Positions 36,089 to 45,803 of a DNA stretch of 52,345 nt are shown here, piece by piece. The stretch lies in contig CAMAVZ010000013.1 of assembly GCA_945861645.1 (NCBI GenBank), positions 1 to 52,345 on the forward strand. Reading direction: 5' to 3'. Numbering within the stretch: position 1 is the stretch's first letter; every line of letters starts with the position of its first letter. The position numbers were made by a program, and so were the translations under genes. The DNA comes from Opitutus sp. GAS368 (GTDB taxonomy: Bacteria > Verrucomicrobiota > Verrucomicrobiia > Opitutales > Opitutaceae). Below the pieces are notes generated by a model. That model was not told the origin of the DNA and made no database searches. It saw nothing but the letters and a program-made list of their open reading frames with translations.

Positions 36089-37227
36089 GAGCGAGTGACC
36101 GCACGCAGCGCCTCCGGTTTAAAGGTAATCGTCAAAATAAAAGTGGTCACCCCATCCCGCGAGCGTAGATCGCGTGTCACCACTGCCGTCAGCGCCGCTG
36201 AGCCTCGGAGTTGCTTCTCATATTGACTCACGTCAGCCGCATGGCCGGTCTGCGCCTCAACTTCTAATTTATTTACCCCAATCGTAATTGAACGATGAAA
36301 TTGAATCGAGGGCGGCCGCAACGCGTTGATCAGCGCGAGCATTTCAAAGGGCCGCAGCTGCTTTTGCGTTAATTCCTCAATGCGGGCACTCAGCCCCTGC
36401 GCCGTTTCAATTTGGCTGACCGCATCAGCGCGGCGCTGGATTTGAGTCTGCGCGCGGCCCAACCACTGCCGACCGGCGACTAAACTAATCTCCACCACCA
36501 AGGCTGCCGCGAGACCCGCGAGGCAAAAAACAAGGCCCCGCCATAGCTGAATGTCCCGGGAGCGTAGTTGCCGCTGCGCCTGCAGAAAGCTGGGATCACG
36601 CACATCAGCCGTCGCCTTCGCCGCCTCCGGCCAAGCGGTGCGGAGGACCGCCCCCGGCGTCTCAGCAGAAAGCGCCCAGCGCATCACATTTTTGCGGTGA
36701 TCGTAGTCGATCAACCCCGCCCCATGATAAACCTGTAATGCCGCGGGGCCGAGACTGGTGCGCGCCTGTAATTTCTCCACCAGCGCAGCTTGCACCACGG
36801 CCGGCAGCTCGTCGCCTGACGACGACACCACCACTAGCGGCAAACTATCCTGCCCGTTCCAAGCGGCCGCCACACTACGACCCGCTTGATGCCAAACCCT
36901 GATCGTCGGTTCGACCGGAGCTTCACCAAGCAAACCAAGAAATTCTGGCACTACGGCCTCCGCTATTTCCCACCGGCCAACTTCCTCCCGAGAAAATTTC
37001 TTTTGATAAGCGGCAAAAATCAGCGCGCTCGTCAGCGTCGACGACAAAAGGTAACCGTAATAAAGCTGCGTCCGCGGAAACGGCGAAAGATTTTCCAGAG
37101 CAATTTCCACTTGCGGCGCCACTGCCTCCCCCGCCACTAAAGGGATGAGCCGCACAAAAAATGCATCCGCCGGCAGCAGAAGTATTTTCTGCGCCACCTC
37201 AGCCGGAGCGTTATTAGAGTCAACCAT
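36085..37227 (-). CDS. GspL-like (PilM/PilN-like) T2SS protein
   Basis: LLLP...F..R.IP...LE..SPF cytoplasmic domain, one TM near residue 230, PilN-like C-terminus; sits between gspK and the gspM-like gene. Confidence 0.6.
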   Translation of the reverse strand: MVDSNNAPAEVAQKILLLPADAFFVRLIPLVAGEAVAPQVEIALENLSPFPRTQLYYGYLLSSTLTSALIFAAYQKKFSREEVGRWEIAEAVVPEFLGLLGEAPVEPTIRVWHQAGRSVAAAWNGQDSLPLVVVSSSGDELPAVVQAALVEKLQARTSLGPAALQVYHGAGLIDYDHRKNVMRWALSAETPGAVLRTAWPEAAKATADVRDPSFLQAQRQLRSRDIQLWRGLVFCLAGLAAALVVEISLVAGRQWLGRAQTQIQRRADAVSQIETAQGLSARIEELTQKQLRPFEMLALINALRPPSIQFHRSITIGVNKLEVEAQTGHAADVSQYEKQLRGSAALTAVVTRDLRSRDGVTTFILTITFKPEALRAVTRS

Positions 37228-37229
37228 GC

Positions 37230-38330
37230 TTATAAAAGTAGGGTGAGGCGGGACCCATCGGAATTCACCTCTTCCTGAATCTCAAGAATCCGAAACGGGT
37301 AGTCCAACTTTTTAGCTGACAAGGTTGGCGATGGCTTAGCGGGAGTGGGTGGATTGCGGGGGGACACCGCGGAACGCCCCGCGACCTCCCCCGGGGGCAC
37401 AACAACGGCGCTCAGGCGGTAAACCGCGGCACCGTCATGCACGGTCACATGAATGCGCAAAATCTGTACGTGGGCCCCGAGCTTGCCCGGCAGACTGGCC
37501 GCTCCCGTGATAGATTCAGCTTCCGCGGCACTACGAAAATAACGTCCGACGCCAGCCCCTAATCCAGCTGCGAAATAATTTTGCAAGGAGCTCGTTTGGC
37601 TGAAGCTTAACCCGGCCACGCTCAATGCAGCGGGCGACGCGGCATTGATGTTAACCGTGTTGAAGGCAAAAAGTGAAGCATTCGCCGCTAGCCAATGCCA
37701 ACGCGCATTAGGCTGACCAAATTCATCATAAAAATATTCTCGCACCGTTCGCACAGCGGCTAATTCCTGCCACGACTCCAAAGCGCGCCAAGGCGGCTGA
37801 TGCGGCAGCTCGCCTCGCTCGTAATTTCGCGCGTCATTGCCTGAGGCCAGCGGGCTGTAATCAGGCCGACTCCACACCAGCAAAGCATCACTCGCTTGCT
37901 CTGCGTCGCGTCGCTCGAGCCCGGCCTGTTCGAGCAACAACTGCAAAGTCGCCTGGTCCGCATTCGGCCAAGATACCTTCGCACTTTCATCTTCAAAATT
38001 AATCTCTACCCGCTTATTCCCCGCTGGCTCATAGCCCGCGTACTGCAACGGCTCCGCCCAACCCTGCGCTGGACTATAAAGCCGCGTATCAATCGCCCGA
38101 AAATCCGCGAGTACCGCTAACGTTACCTCTAACGCGGAATAAGCTTCTACCCGCAACCGCGTCGCATCAGCCGCGCGGGCATCAGCGAGCAGCTCGAGGC
38201 CGGCGCGCTGAATAAAACGACTCATCAAAAAAGCCGCGAGGAAGACTGTGACCAAGACGAGCAAGATCACCGCGCCGCGCTGCGCTCGAGCGAACAGTCT
38301 GTTTTTTTGTGGCGGGGAAAACGGGTGCAT
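37230..38330 (-). CDS. gspK: Minor pseudopilin GspK
   Basis: QRG|AVILLVL, EDESAK, EL..V, NINAASPAAL. Confidence 0.85.
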   Translation of the reverse strand: MHPFSPPQKNRLFARAQRGAVILLVLVTVFLAAFLMSRFIQRAGLELLADARAADATRLRVEAYSALEVTLAVLADFRAIDTRLYSPAQGWAEPLQYAGYEPAGNKRVEINFEDESAKVSWPNADQATLQLLLEQAGLERRDAEQASDALLVWSRPDYSPLASGNDARNYERGELPHQPPWRALESWQELAAVRTVREYFYDEFGQPNARWHWLAANASLFAFNTVNINAASPAALSVAGLSFSQTSSLQNYFAAGLGAGVGRYFRSAAEAESITGAASLPGKLGAHVQILRIHVTVHDGAAVYRLSAVVVPPGEVAGRSAVSPRNPPTPAKPSPTLSAKKLDYPFRILEIQEEVNSDGSRLTLLL

Positions 38331-38338
38331 TTTTTTAA

Positions 38339-39007
38339 TTAAAACGCCGGCAGTGCACTCATACTACTGGGCAACAGCACGGTAGTTTCAGTCGTCATTA
38401 GGCCATACCCAAATCGGAGACGGAGCCGAGCCGGCAGCGACCACTCACCGGTGCCATCACGCTGGGGCTTTAATTCATTTTTCCACGACCTGAAATCTGG
38501 CTGATAATAATCATAGCTCAGCGCCGTAACGAGCGGCGATAATACGGTGCGGCGCGGCGGATCCTCCAGAAAACGTAACTCAATTCGCGCGTGCCAGGCG
38601 ATGACCAACCCTTCGCTTGGGGCCGCACTCAGCGAGCAAACCACATTGGGCAACGGTGCTTCCGGCCAAGTCAGTACGCGATCGCCGGTCGGCAATTCAA
38701 AAGTGAGCAGTGGCTCTCGTCCGCTCACCCCCCGAATTTCCTCCACCGTCAAGCCCGCCTGAGTCCCCGCCAACACCGGTGGGGCCAGCGCCGCGGTACG
38801 GAGCAATTTTTCCACATGACGCGTAACCGCTCGCACGTGTTCGTTAAATAGTCGCTGCTCCCTCCCTTGCCCCCAAATCTCACCCATCGAAAAAATAAAA
38901 AGATTCAGCGCCAGCAGCAACCCGCCAAGCAGCGCGACCGCGAGTAAAATTTCAATCAGCGTAAAAGCTGAGCTGCGCCCCGATGATCGCCGAGATGGGC
39001 GACTCAT
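38339..39007 (-). CDS. Minor pseudopilin GspJ-like
   Basis: SA|FTLIEILLAVALL prepilin motif; LP.RLRL C-terminus. Confidence 0.8.
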   Translation of the reverse strand: MSRPSRRSSGRSSAFTLIEILLAVALLGGLLLALNLFIFSMGEIWGQGREQRLFNEHVRAVTRHVEKLLRTAALAPPVLAGTQAGLTVEEIRGVSGREPLLTFELPTGDRVLTWPEAPLPNVVCSLSAAPSEGLVIAWHARIELRFLEDPPRRTVLSPLVTALSYDYYQPDFRSWKNELKPQRDGTGEWSLPARLRLRFGYGLMTTETTVLLPSSMSALPAF

Positions 39008-39462
39008 GGTGCTGTCCTTTTAGCTAATTTCTCCCGCGAGGCCGCGCGTAGTTTTTCCCGCGCATCACTCTCCGACCAGGTCGGCCGCAACAGCATGAAG
39101 CTCATTGCTTGGCTCCATGGCGCCATCATCGCCGTGCCAGTGACATCACAGCGCAGCGTCACCTGAAATAAATCCGCCACCTGCGCCGGGGTTATCTGCG
39201 CCGACCACCGCGCGCGGCGATTGTCAGGCAATATCAACTCTCCTCCCTTTTCAATAATTTCACGGTCTGGTTCAGCGAGCAGGCCAACGTACACCAGCTT
39301 CCAATCTTGCGCGTGCTCATTGCGTCGCGCCACGGTCGCATACGCCGTCAGGGTATTCACATAGGCCGCGGCCAGCAATAAGGCCGCCAAGGCGAAAATC
39401 GCTAAGCCGACGAGCACTTCGATCAAGGTGAACCCGCGAATGAGTGATGCTTTAATTTTCAC
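39004..39462 (-). CDS. Minor pseudopilin GspI-like
   Basis: RG|FTLIEVLVGLAIFA prepilin motif, small size. Confidence 0.8.
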   Translation of the reverse strand: MKIKASLIRGFTLIEVLVGLAIFALAALLLAAAYVNTLTAYATVARRNEHAQDWKLVYVGLLAEPDREIIEKGGELILPDNRRARWSAQITPAQVADLFQVTLRCDVTGTAMMAPWSQAMSFMLLRPTWSESDAREKLRAASREKLAKRTAP

Positions 39463-39976
39463 CGAGAGCTTTTTCCGTTTTTATCATCGGCGCGGCCGTC
39501 CAAGGATCGACGGTGAGAATTTGTGGAGCCCCAGCTTTTGGGCGCAACTGGAGGCGAAAGGCATCGCAAGCGCCGTCCGCATAAAAATAAACCCCCGACA
39601 GGGCCTTCGTTTCGATGGCCTGACCACCAATTAACACCTGATTTCCGGCCTGCGCCGGCAATAGCTGTCCATGACAACCTAGGGGCAACTCCTTGGTCCA
39701 ACGCTGCTGGCCGTCAGTCCAAATTAATTGAGTTTTGTCCTCACTGAATGTCAGCCGAAGCGGACGATTGCCGAGGAGGGCTTGCTCCCTCACTTGATTG
39801 AGCGTTGTCCAAATGACTTGAGCCGGCTCGCGCTCAGCCATGCTCCCCATAATGGAATTTACGCCAGGCAGCAGCAAAGTACCCAGCAGTGCCATCACTG
39901 CTAAGGTCAGCAAGATTTCTACCAGCGTAAACGCCCTCCGGCCGGCTGGCCGGCTCAACCCCGCATCCGAGATCAT
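39452..39976 (-). CDS. Minor pseudopilin GspH-like
   Basis: RA|FTLVEILL prepilin motif; R..A, FYADG, VDPWT typical of GspH/FimT. Confidence 0.8.
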   Translation of the reverse strand: MISDAGLSRPAGRRAFTLVEILLTLAVMALLGTLLLPGVNSIMGSMAEREPAQVIWTTLNQVREQALLGNRPLRLTFSEDKTQLIWTDGQQRWTKELPLGCHGQLLPAQAGNQVLIGGQAIETKALSGVYFYADGACDAFRLQLRPKAGAPQILTVDPWTAAPMIKTEKALGEN

Positions 39977-40530
39977 GGTTGCGCCCGCTGGCTCAATTTT
40001 TCTCCCCCGGGCAGAGGCACCGGCAAAGGAGCTGTCTGCTGCCGCAATGAGCGCCGCCGGCGAATTTCTTCAACAATTTGCGCCTCGGGTGACTGCGTCG
40101 GGACCGACGGCCCTGCCGCGGATGTGGCCGGGGAAGCATACGATGGGGCTGAAGCCAGCGCGGTAATCTTAGCCCGTAGTAGCGTCAACGTGAGTGCGCG
40201 TCCCTGATATTCAGCCGTCACCGTTTCAGTCGCAGTATCATAGGCGTGAACCGTAAAAGCATTGCCGGCTTCGTTGAGGCCAACCCAGAGCGCCCGCTGG
40301 GTGGAGGTTTCATAGAGGCTAAAAAAATATTCACCCTGATCGGCGAATACTCCCCGAAACTCCAAGGCCGAGGTTCCTCCTTCCCCGCTACCGGCGGTTG
40401 CTCCCGCCCTGAACGGCGAAGCCGAGAGTAAGTTATTCAAATCCACCGCCCCCGCCACCACCGGCAGGCCCAGCCCGAGCGTCAGGAGTAAACGCAAAAA
40501 ATTAAGAGGGCGGAGAAATATTGTGCGCAT
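39973..40530 (-). CDS. Exported/membrane protein, possible GspC-like
   Basis: Hydrophobic N-terminus, SPF, LEFRGV...W..LNE...V...D..V.......LTL beta domain similar to the GspC/PilP HR domain; first gene of the pseudopilin operon with ATGA coupling. Confidence 0.45.
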   Translation of the reverse strand: MRTIFLRPLNFLRLLLTLGLGLPVVAGAVDLNNLLSASPFRAGATAGSGEGGTSALEFRGVFADQGEYFFSLYETSTQRALWVGLNEAGNAFTVHAYDTATETVTAEYQGRALTLTLLRAKITALASAPSYASPATSAAGPSVPTQSPEAQIVEEIRRRRSLRQQTAPLPVPLPGGEKLSQRAQP

Positions 40531-40808
40531 GCGATCAACCTATTCGCTACCATGAGCGGCGAGCCGCGCAATCCCGAAGAACGTCCCGCCCCATCGCTCA
40601 TAGAACGCATTAACGATCGAGCAGATCTGCCCCGCGCGGATTTAACCCCGCGTCATACTCTCCACCCAAGCTTGCACCATACAGTCCTGCTTAACTATGC
40701 AACTAACGCTAATCTTTCCCTACCGGCCACCCACTTTAGAGTGTTTTTGCTGGATTGCTGGCTAAAGCAAACCCCACCCCCCACGCCCATCGCTACGCTT
40801 GCTCAGTC

Positions 40809-41813
40809 ATGCCTCATCCCGCTGCCATTCTTCTTACGCTAACTCCATCGGAGCAGCGTGAATTTTTGCCCAAACCATTGCTCGAAGCCGTTCGCTCGCT
40901 CGCCACTCTTTTTGAGTATCTTGATCCCACGAATCTTACCCCAGCAGAATTTCAGCGCGCCTTAACCGAGCGCAATCCCGAGATATTGATTGCTTGCTGG
41001 GGTACGCCCCCCCTGCCCGCACAATTGCCATCCAATTTGCGCTATGTTTCTTACCTCGCCGGTTCAATTAAACACCTCCTCACGCGCGAGCATATTACCA
41101 ACGGCCTCCTAGTAACCAACTGGGGGCACTCCATTAGTCGTACCGTTGCAGAAATGGCGCTGCTTCACATTCTCGCCGGCTTACGGCGCACTACCCACTG
41201 GACGCTGGTTATGCACCAAGCCAACGGTTGGAAAAATAACGAAAGCGCAGCGGGTTCACTGTTTGGCCGCCGCGTCGGCCTCCATGGCTTCGGACCGGTG
41301 GCACGGGAACTCCTCAAGCTACTCCAGCCGTTCGGCTGTGCCGTGGCTGTCCATGCCCCCGACGTTGATGCAACGACCGCCACTCGCTACGGCATCAGCG
41401 CGACAACCACCCTTGCCGATTTATTTGCCGACAACGAAATTATTGTCGAACTGGCCCCGCTCATTCCCGCGACCACCGGCATCGTCACCGAGAAAATTTT
41501 ACGCCTCATCCGACCAGGTGGCATCTTTGTTAACGTCGGTCGCGGTGCCGTAGTTGATGAGCCGGCCCTCCTGCGCGTGGCCACTGAAGGAAAGATCGCG
41601 ATCGGCCTCGATGTTTTCAGTCAGGAGCCCCTGCCCGCTGCATCCGGCTTCCGCCGTTTGTCTAATGTCACCCTCACGCCGCATATGGCTGGCCCCACCA
41701 ATGATCGCAAATGCGACGCGGGGGCATTTGCTTTAAATAATCTGCGCGCCTACGCGGCCGATCATCCACTTCAAGCGGTAATCACGCCGAGCATTTACGA
41801 CGCTTCGAGCTAG
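40809..41813 (+). CDS. D-isomer-specific 2-hydroxyacid dehydrogenase
   Basis: VAE, GLHGFGPVA, FVNVGRGAVVDE, LDVF..EPL, TPHMAG; ATG at 40809. Confidence 0.9.
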   Translation: MPHPAAILLTLTPSEQREFLPKPLLEAVRSLATLFEYLDPTNLTPAEFQRALTERNPEILIACWGTPPLPAQLPSNLRYVSYLAGSIKHLLTREHITNGLLVTNWGHSISRTVAEMALLHILAGLRRTTHWTLVMHQANGWKNNESAAGSLFGRRVGLHGFGPVARELLKLLQPFGCAVAVHAPDVDATTATRYGISATTTLADLFADNEIIVELAPLIPATTGIVTEKILRLIRPGGIFVNVGRGAVVDEPALLRVATEGKIAIGLDVFSQEPLPAASGFRRLSNVTLTPHMAGPTNDRKCDAGAFALNNLRAYAADHPLQAVITPSIYDASS

Positions 41814-41897
41814 TCTGAGCCCACCGCGGGCCAGCATCTTTTTTCTGGTGTGAGAGTAGGCTTTGGGGCCTATTGAGTATTTTTATATCCATCCCCT

Positions 41898-43640
41898 ATG
41901 CCCTCTCCAATCCTTACCCCGCGCCGCGAATTTCTAAAAACGAGCGCAACGGCGATAGTGCTAAGCACCCTCGGTACCCATTTTCTGCGCGCCGACGAGA
42001 CTACGCTCGATCCAGTCCTCCGACAGCTGATACAGGCTAATGATGAAAGTGTTCCACCGTTACTGGCGCAGCAGGAAAGTCGACTGGGGCATCGTTGGAT
42101 TGGGGGGCTTCCCGACAAACACGGCATGCACACCGTCGGGGTGACTAATTTGATGCTGTCCAAACTTGCGGCGGCAGCCTGTAGCCCAAGTTCAAAGTAT
42201 TTTAAATCCGAAGCCTTGCTCGCTCCGATGCGCGCGGGGATTCGCTACCTGCTAGCCGCCCAACACCCCGATGGGACCATTGATTATTACGAGACTAATT
42301 TTCACTCACCGCCTGATTTAGCCTTTAATCTTGAGATCGCTTGCCCGACCTGCCTTTGGCTCCGCGCCAGCGGCGTGCCCGCGCTCGTCGCCCTCAGCGA
42401 TGAGCTAGGCGTATTTATCACCCGAGCCGCGATAGCCATCGCCCAGGGCGGCATCCACACCCCTAATCATCGCTGGGTCGTTTGCTCCGCTCTCGCTTGG
42501 GCGCATACCGTGCACCCCCACCCCAGTTACGTCGCGCGCATCGATCAGTGGTTGGCAGAGGAAATCGATCTTGATCCCGACGGTCAGTACACCGAAAAAA
42601 GCACGACAGTCTACTCTGCCATCGTAGATCGCGCGCTGATCACCGTGGCCCGCTTGCTCAATCGCCCAGAGCTTTATGCGCCCGTCCGGAAGAATCTCGA
42701 AATGATGTTCTACTACGTCCACCCGGACGGTGAAGTCGTCACCGAGGCCTCTCGACGCCAAGATCGCAACCAGCGCACGACGATGGAACGTTATTATTAC
42801 GCCTATCGGACGCTCGCATTACTCGACGGCAACGGCCGCTTCGCCGCCATGTGCCAACAAATTGAACGGGGCGCCAGCCCTAGTCATCCCGGAGAATTAG
42901 CCGACTACCTGGCCGAGCCAGCATTCGGTCGCCCGTTGCCTCCGGCAATCCCGCTCCCCACCGATTACGCCAAATTATTTACTTATTCTAGCTTGGCACG
43001 CATCAGGCGCGGTCAGGCGAGCGGCACCATTCTCGGCAATAATACGACGCTTTTTTCATTCCACAAAGGCGCCGCCATCCTCGATGCCATGCGACTGGCG
43101 ACCGCTTTCTTTGGCAAAGGGCAATTCACCAGCGAAACTCTCGAGGTGATCAATGGGCGCTATATCCTCCGGCAAGTACTCGATGGGCCCTATTTTCAAC
43201 CGTTAACGAAAGCGCAAATATCAGCGGGCGAACATACCAAGATGGCGCCGAATGGCACCCTCTCCAATCATAGCCGCGCGCTTCGAGCCCGCTCGAATGT
43301 GCAGTCACTCGAAGCCGTCATTTCGATCGGAGAATCCGCCGGAAAATTTGATCTAGCTATTTCTGTGCACGGTACCGACGAGGTCCCGGTTGTGATTGAA
43401 TTAGTCTTTCGCCACGGCGGAGTGTTGCAGGGAGTCGAGCCTATCCCAAACATGACCGACGCTTTTATGCTGCGCCAAAACACCGGGCGCTATGTGTCAG
43501 GGCCTGACACCATCGAATTTGGTCCGGGCCAAGCCGATCACCACTATACGCAAGTGCGTGGCGCACTCCCCAAGGCGGAAGGATCGAGCGTCTACCTCAC
43601 GGGTATGACGCCCTTTGATTTTACCTTAAAAATTTCCTGA
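41898..43640 (+). CDS. Tat-exported protein, heparinase II/III-like lyase-fold candidate
   Basis: RREFLK twin-arginine signal; helical N-half with GGIHTPNHRW and DGQYTEKSTTVY; beta-rich C-half. Function inferred only. Confidence 0.55.
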   Translation: MPSPILTPRREFLKTSATAIVLSTLGTHFLRADETTLDPVLRQLIQANDESVPPLLAQQESRLGHRWIGGLPDKHGMHTVGVTNLMLSKLAAAACSPSSKYFKSEALLAPMRAGIRYLLAAQHPDGTIDYYETNFHSPPDLAFNLEIACPTCLWLRASGVPALVALSDELGVFITRAAIAIAQGGIHTPNHRWVVCSALAWAHTVHPHPSYVARIDQWLAEEIDLDPDGQYTEKSTTVYSAIVDRALITVARLLNRPELYAPVRKNLEMMFYYVHPDGEVVTEASRRQDRNQRTTMERYYYAYRTLALLDGNGRFAAMCQQIERGASPSHPGELADYLAEPAFGRPLPPAIPLPTDYAKLFTYSSLARIRRGQASGTILGNNTTLFSFHKGAAILDAMRLATAFFGKGQFTSETLEVINGRYILRQVLDGPYFQPLTKAQISAGEHTKMAPNGTLSNHSRALRARSNVQSLEAVISIGESAGKFDLAISVHGTDEVPVVIELVFRHGGVLQGVEPIPNMTDAFMLRQNTGRYVSGPDTIEFGPGQADHHYTQVRGALPKAEGSSVYLTGMTPFDFTLKIS

Positions 43641-43655
43641 TTTTAGCGAGTCCCG

Positions 43656-43710
43656 TAATGGGTAATTGAGCCGACTCGCTTCGGCGTAGAGTGACTCAAT
43701 TAAGCCGTTA
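43656..43710. other. Long imperfect hairpin with cUUCGg tetraloop
   Basis: TAATGG/CCGTTA, TAATTGAG/CTCAATTA, ACTC/GAGT and GC-TTCG-GC nested pairing. Confidence 0.6.
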
Positions 43711-43763
43711 TAAACTATTTCGTTGACGCATATAAATAGCTTGTTTTTGTCTGACAGAGAAAC

Positions 43764-44300
43764 ATGCCTCGAGCGACCCCCAAGTTCAATTTTTCCGTGC
43801 TGCGCACTCTCCGCGATCAGCATGAATTAACATTGGCCGCTCTCTCCAAAGCATCAGGCGTTTCGGCCGGGGTGATCTCAAAGCTTGAGCGGAATCAACA
43901 GTCCGCCGAGCTCGACACGCTCTATCGTCTAGCCCGAGCCTTTGGCCTCAGTGCTACCGACTTGCTGGCGATGTGTGAATCGGCCCTCGCCCATCGGACC
44001 ACAGAAAAAAATTACCGCTCCGGCGATTTCAAATTCCGCCAAGTCAAATACGCCAATGTCGTCGCCCACCTCGGCTCGGCCCCCCGCGGCGCTAAAGTTA
44101 ACCGACCGGAAATTCACCACGACGACACCGAGATTTGCTGGGTCACCGCTGGTCGGATCCGCCTAAGCTTGCCCCATGAGACCGTTGAACTGAGCACCGG
44201 CGAAAGCCTCCAATTTGATGCCATTCAACAACACACCTATGAATCTCTCGCTGAGTCGGAATTTGTAATTCTCCACCTCCGCAAAGACAAACGCTACTAA
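43764..44300 (+). CDS. XRE-family HTH + cupin transcriptional regulator
   Basis: LRTLR....LTL..LS..SGVS...ISKLERN HTH; H...E...V..G...L..GESLQFDA...H.Y cupin. Confidence 0.92.
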   Translation: MPRATPKFNFSVLRTLRDQHELTLAALSKASGVSAGVISKLERNQQSAELDTLYRLARAFGLSATDLLAMCESALAHRTTEKNYRSGDFKFRQVKYANVVAHLGSAPRGAKVNRPEIHHDDTEICWVTAGRIRLSLPHETVELSTGESLQFDAIQQHTYESLAESEFVILHLRKDKRY

Positions 44301-44365
44301 GCGATCGCTCTTTCTGCTCACCCAGCCATCACGCCCCTTCCTTTATTCCTCGCCTCCTCTGCTCC

Positions 44366-45739
44366 ATGAAAATCGACCATCAGCTGAATGCCTCTGCCCT
44401 CACCCCTGCGCTCCAGAAATTCTGGCAGCTCTCTGGTGATAAACTTAATCTAACGCATCGTGATTATGATCCCGCCCGCGGCGCACCGGTGTTTACCGTC
44501 GCTGGCAAGTACACCGCGCGAGGCTGGACCGAATGGACCGAAGGTTTTTTATACGGCTCTGATTTCCTGCAATTCGATGCCACCGGCGATACCGCTCACG
44601 CGGCTCGGGCCGAACGCTACACGGTGGCGCGGATGGCTTCCCACGTCAGCCACACGGGCGTACATGACCACGGATTTAATAACCTGAGCACCTACGGCAA
44701 CTGGCTGCGCCTTCAGCGCGAAGGTAAATTGCCCGATACCTCCCTCAACTTCAACGAACTCGCCCTCAAGATTTCCGGCGCGGTGCAGGCGGCACGCTGG
44801 GCCGAAACCCATGACGGGGGCGGCTATATTTATTCTTTCAATGGGCCGCATAGCCTTTTTGTCGATACCATTCGATCCTGTCGCATCGTCATGGTCGCCC
44901 ACCAACTCGGCCATCGCCTCATGGGCGAAAATGACGTCGCCATCAACCTCCTGCAACGCGGCCTGCAACATATTGAGGCCACAGCTAAATACGCGATCTT
45001 CTACGGCGAGGGTCGCGATACTTACGATGAACTCGGTCGCACCGCCCACGAGTCGGTCTTTAATTCCAACGATGGCCGCTTCCGCTGCCCCAATTCCCAG
45101 CAAGGCTATTCCGGCTTCACCACCTGGACACGGGGCCTCGCTTGGGCCATGGTCGGTTTTGCGGAAGAATTAGAATTTCTTGATACCGTAGCTGATGCCG
45201 ATCTGGTGCCCCTAGGCGGCAAAGCCAAACACCGCGCCTTAATGCTCAAAGCCGCGCAAGCCACCTGCGATTGGTACATCGCCAATACCGCCATCGATGG
45301 TATCCCCTATTGGGACGGCGGCGCCCCCCAACTCAACGCCCTCGGCGATTGGCGCGCGCGTCCCGCCGATCCCTTTAATGATTTCGAACCGGTCGACAGT
45401 TCCGCCGCCGCTATTGGCGTCCAAGGTTTGCTGCGCCTCGGTCGCTACCTCGGCCCCGATACCGCCGACGGCAAGCGCTATTGGCAAGCCGGCCTCACGA
45501 CGATGCGCACCTTGTTGACCGACACTTATCTCGGCCTGGCTCCTAATCACCAAGGCCTCCTCCTCCACTCCGTTTATCACCGCCCCAATGGCTGGGATCA
45601 TATTCCCGCCGGTCGTAAAATCCCCTGCGGTGAAGCCTGCATGTGGGGCGATTATCACCTGCGCGAAGCCGCGCTTCATCTCCAACGCATCATTAAGGGA
45701 GAAAAATACTATACCTTCTTTGGCTGCCTGGCCGGCTAA
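44366..45739 (+). CDS. GH88-like unsaturated glucuronyl hydrolase
   Basis: WTEGF, HDHGF, FVDT, WTRGLAWA..G, PYWD, DSSAAAI, WGDY; no signal peptide. Confidence 0.8.
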   Translation: MKIDHQLNASALTPALQKFWQLSGDKLNLTHRDYDPARGAPVFTVAGKYTARGWTEWTEGFLYGSDFLQFDATGDTAHAARAERYTVARMASHVSHTGVHDHGFNNLSTYGNWLRLQREGKLPDTSLNFNELALKISGAVQAARWAETHDGGGYIYSFNGPHSLFVDTIRSCRIVMVAHQLGHRLMGENDVAINLLQRGLQHIEATAKYAIFYGEGRDTYDELGRTAHESVFNSNDGRFRCPNSQQGYSGFTTWTRGLAWAMVGFAEELEFLDTVADADLVPLGGKAKHRALMLKAAQATCDWYIANTAIDGIPYWDGGAPQLNALGDWRARPADPFNDFEPVDSSAAAIGVQGLLRLGRYLGPDTADGKRYWQAGLTTMRTLLTDTYLGLAPNHQGLLLHSVYHRPNGWDHIPAGRKIPCGEACMWGDYHLREAALHLQRIIKGEKYYTFFGCLAG

Positions 45740-45803
45740 CCTACAAGTTCGAGTTTTGAGCCCGGACCCTCGGCCTTACTCTGCTAATTTTAATAACATC
45801 ACC

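Noticed and set aside
40552..40842. 96-aa ORF between the T2SS and the dehydrogenase, considered as the missing gspG
   Set aside because: No prepilin motif or hydrophobic helix; it overlaps the next gene and likely spans divergent promoter DNA.
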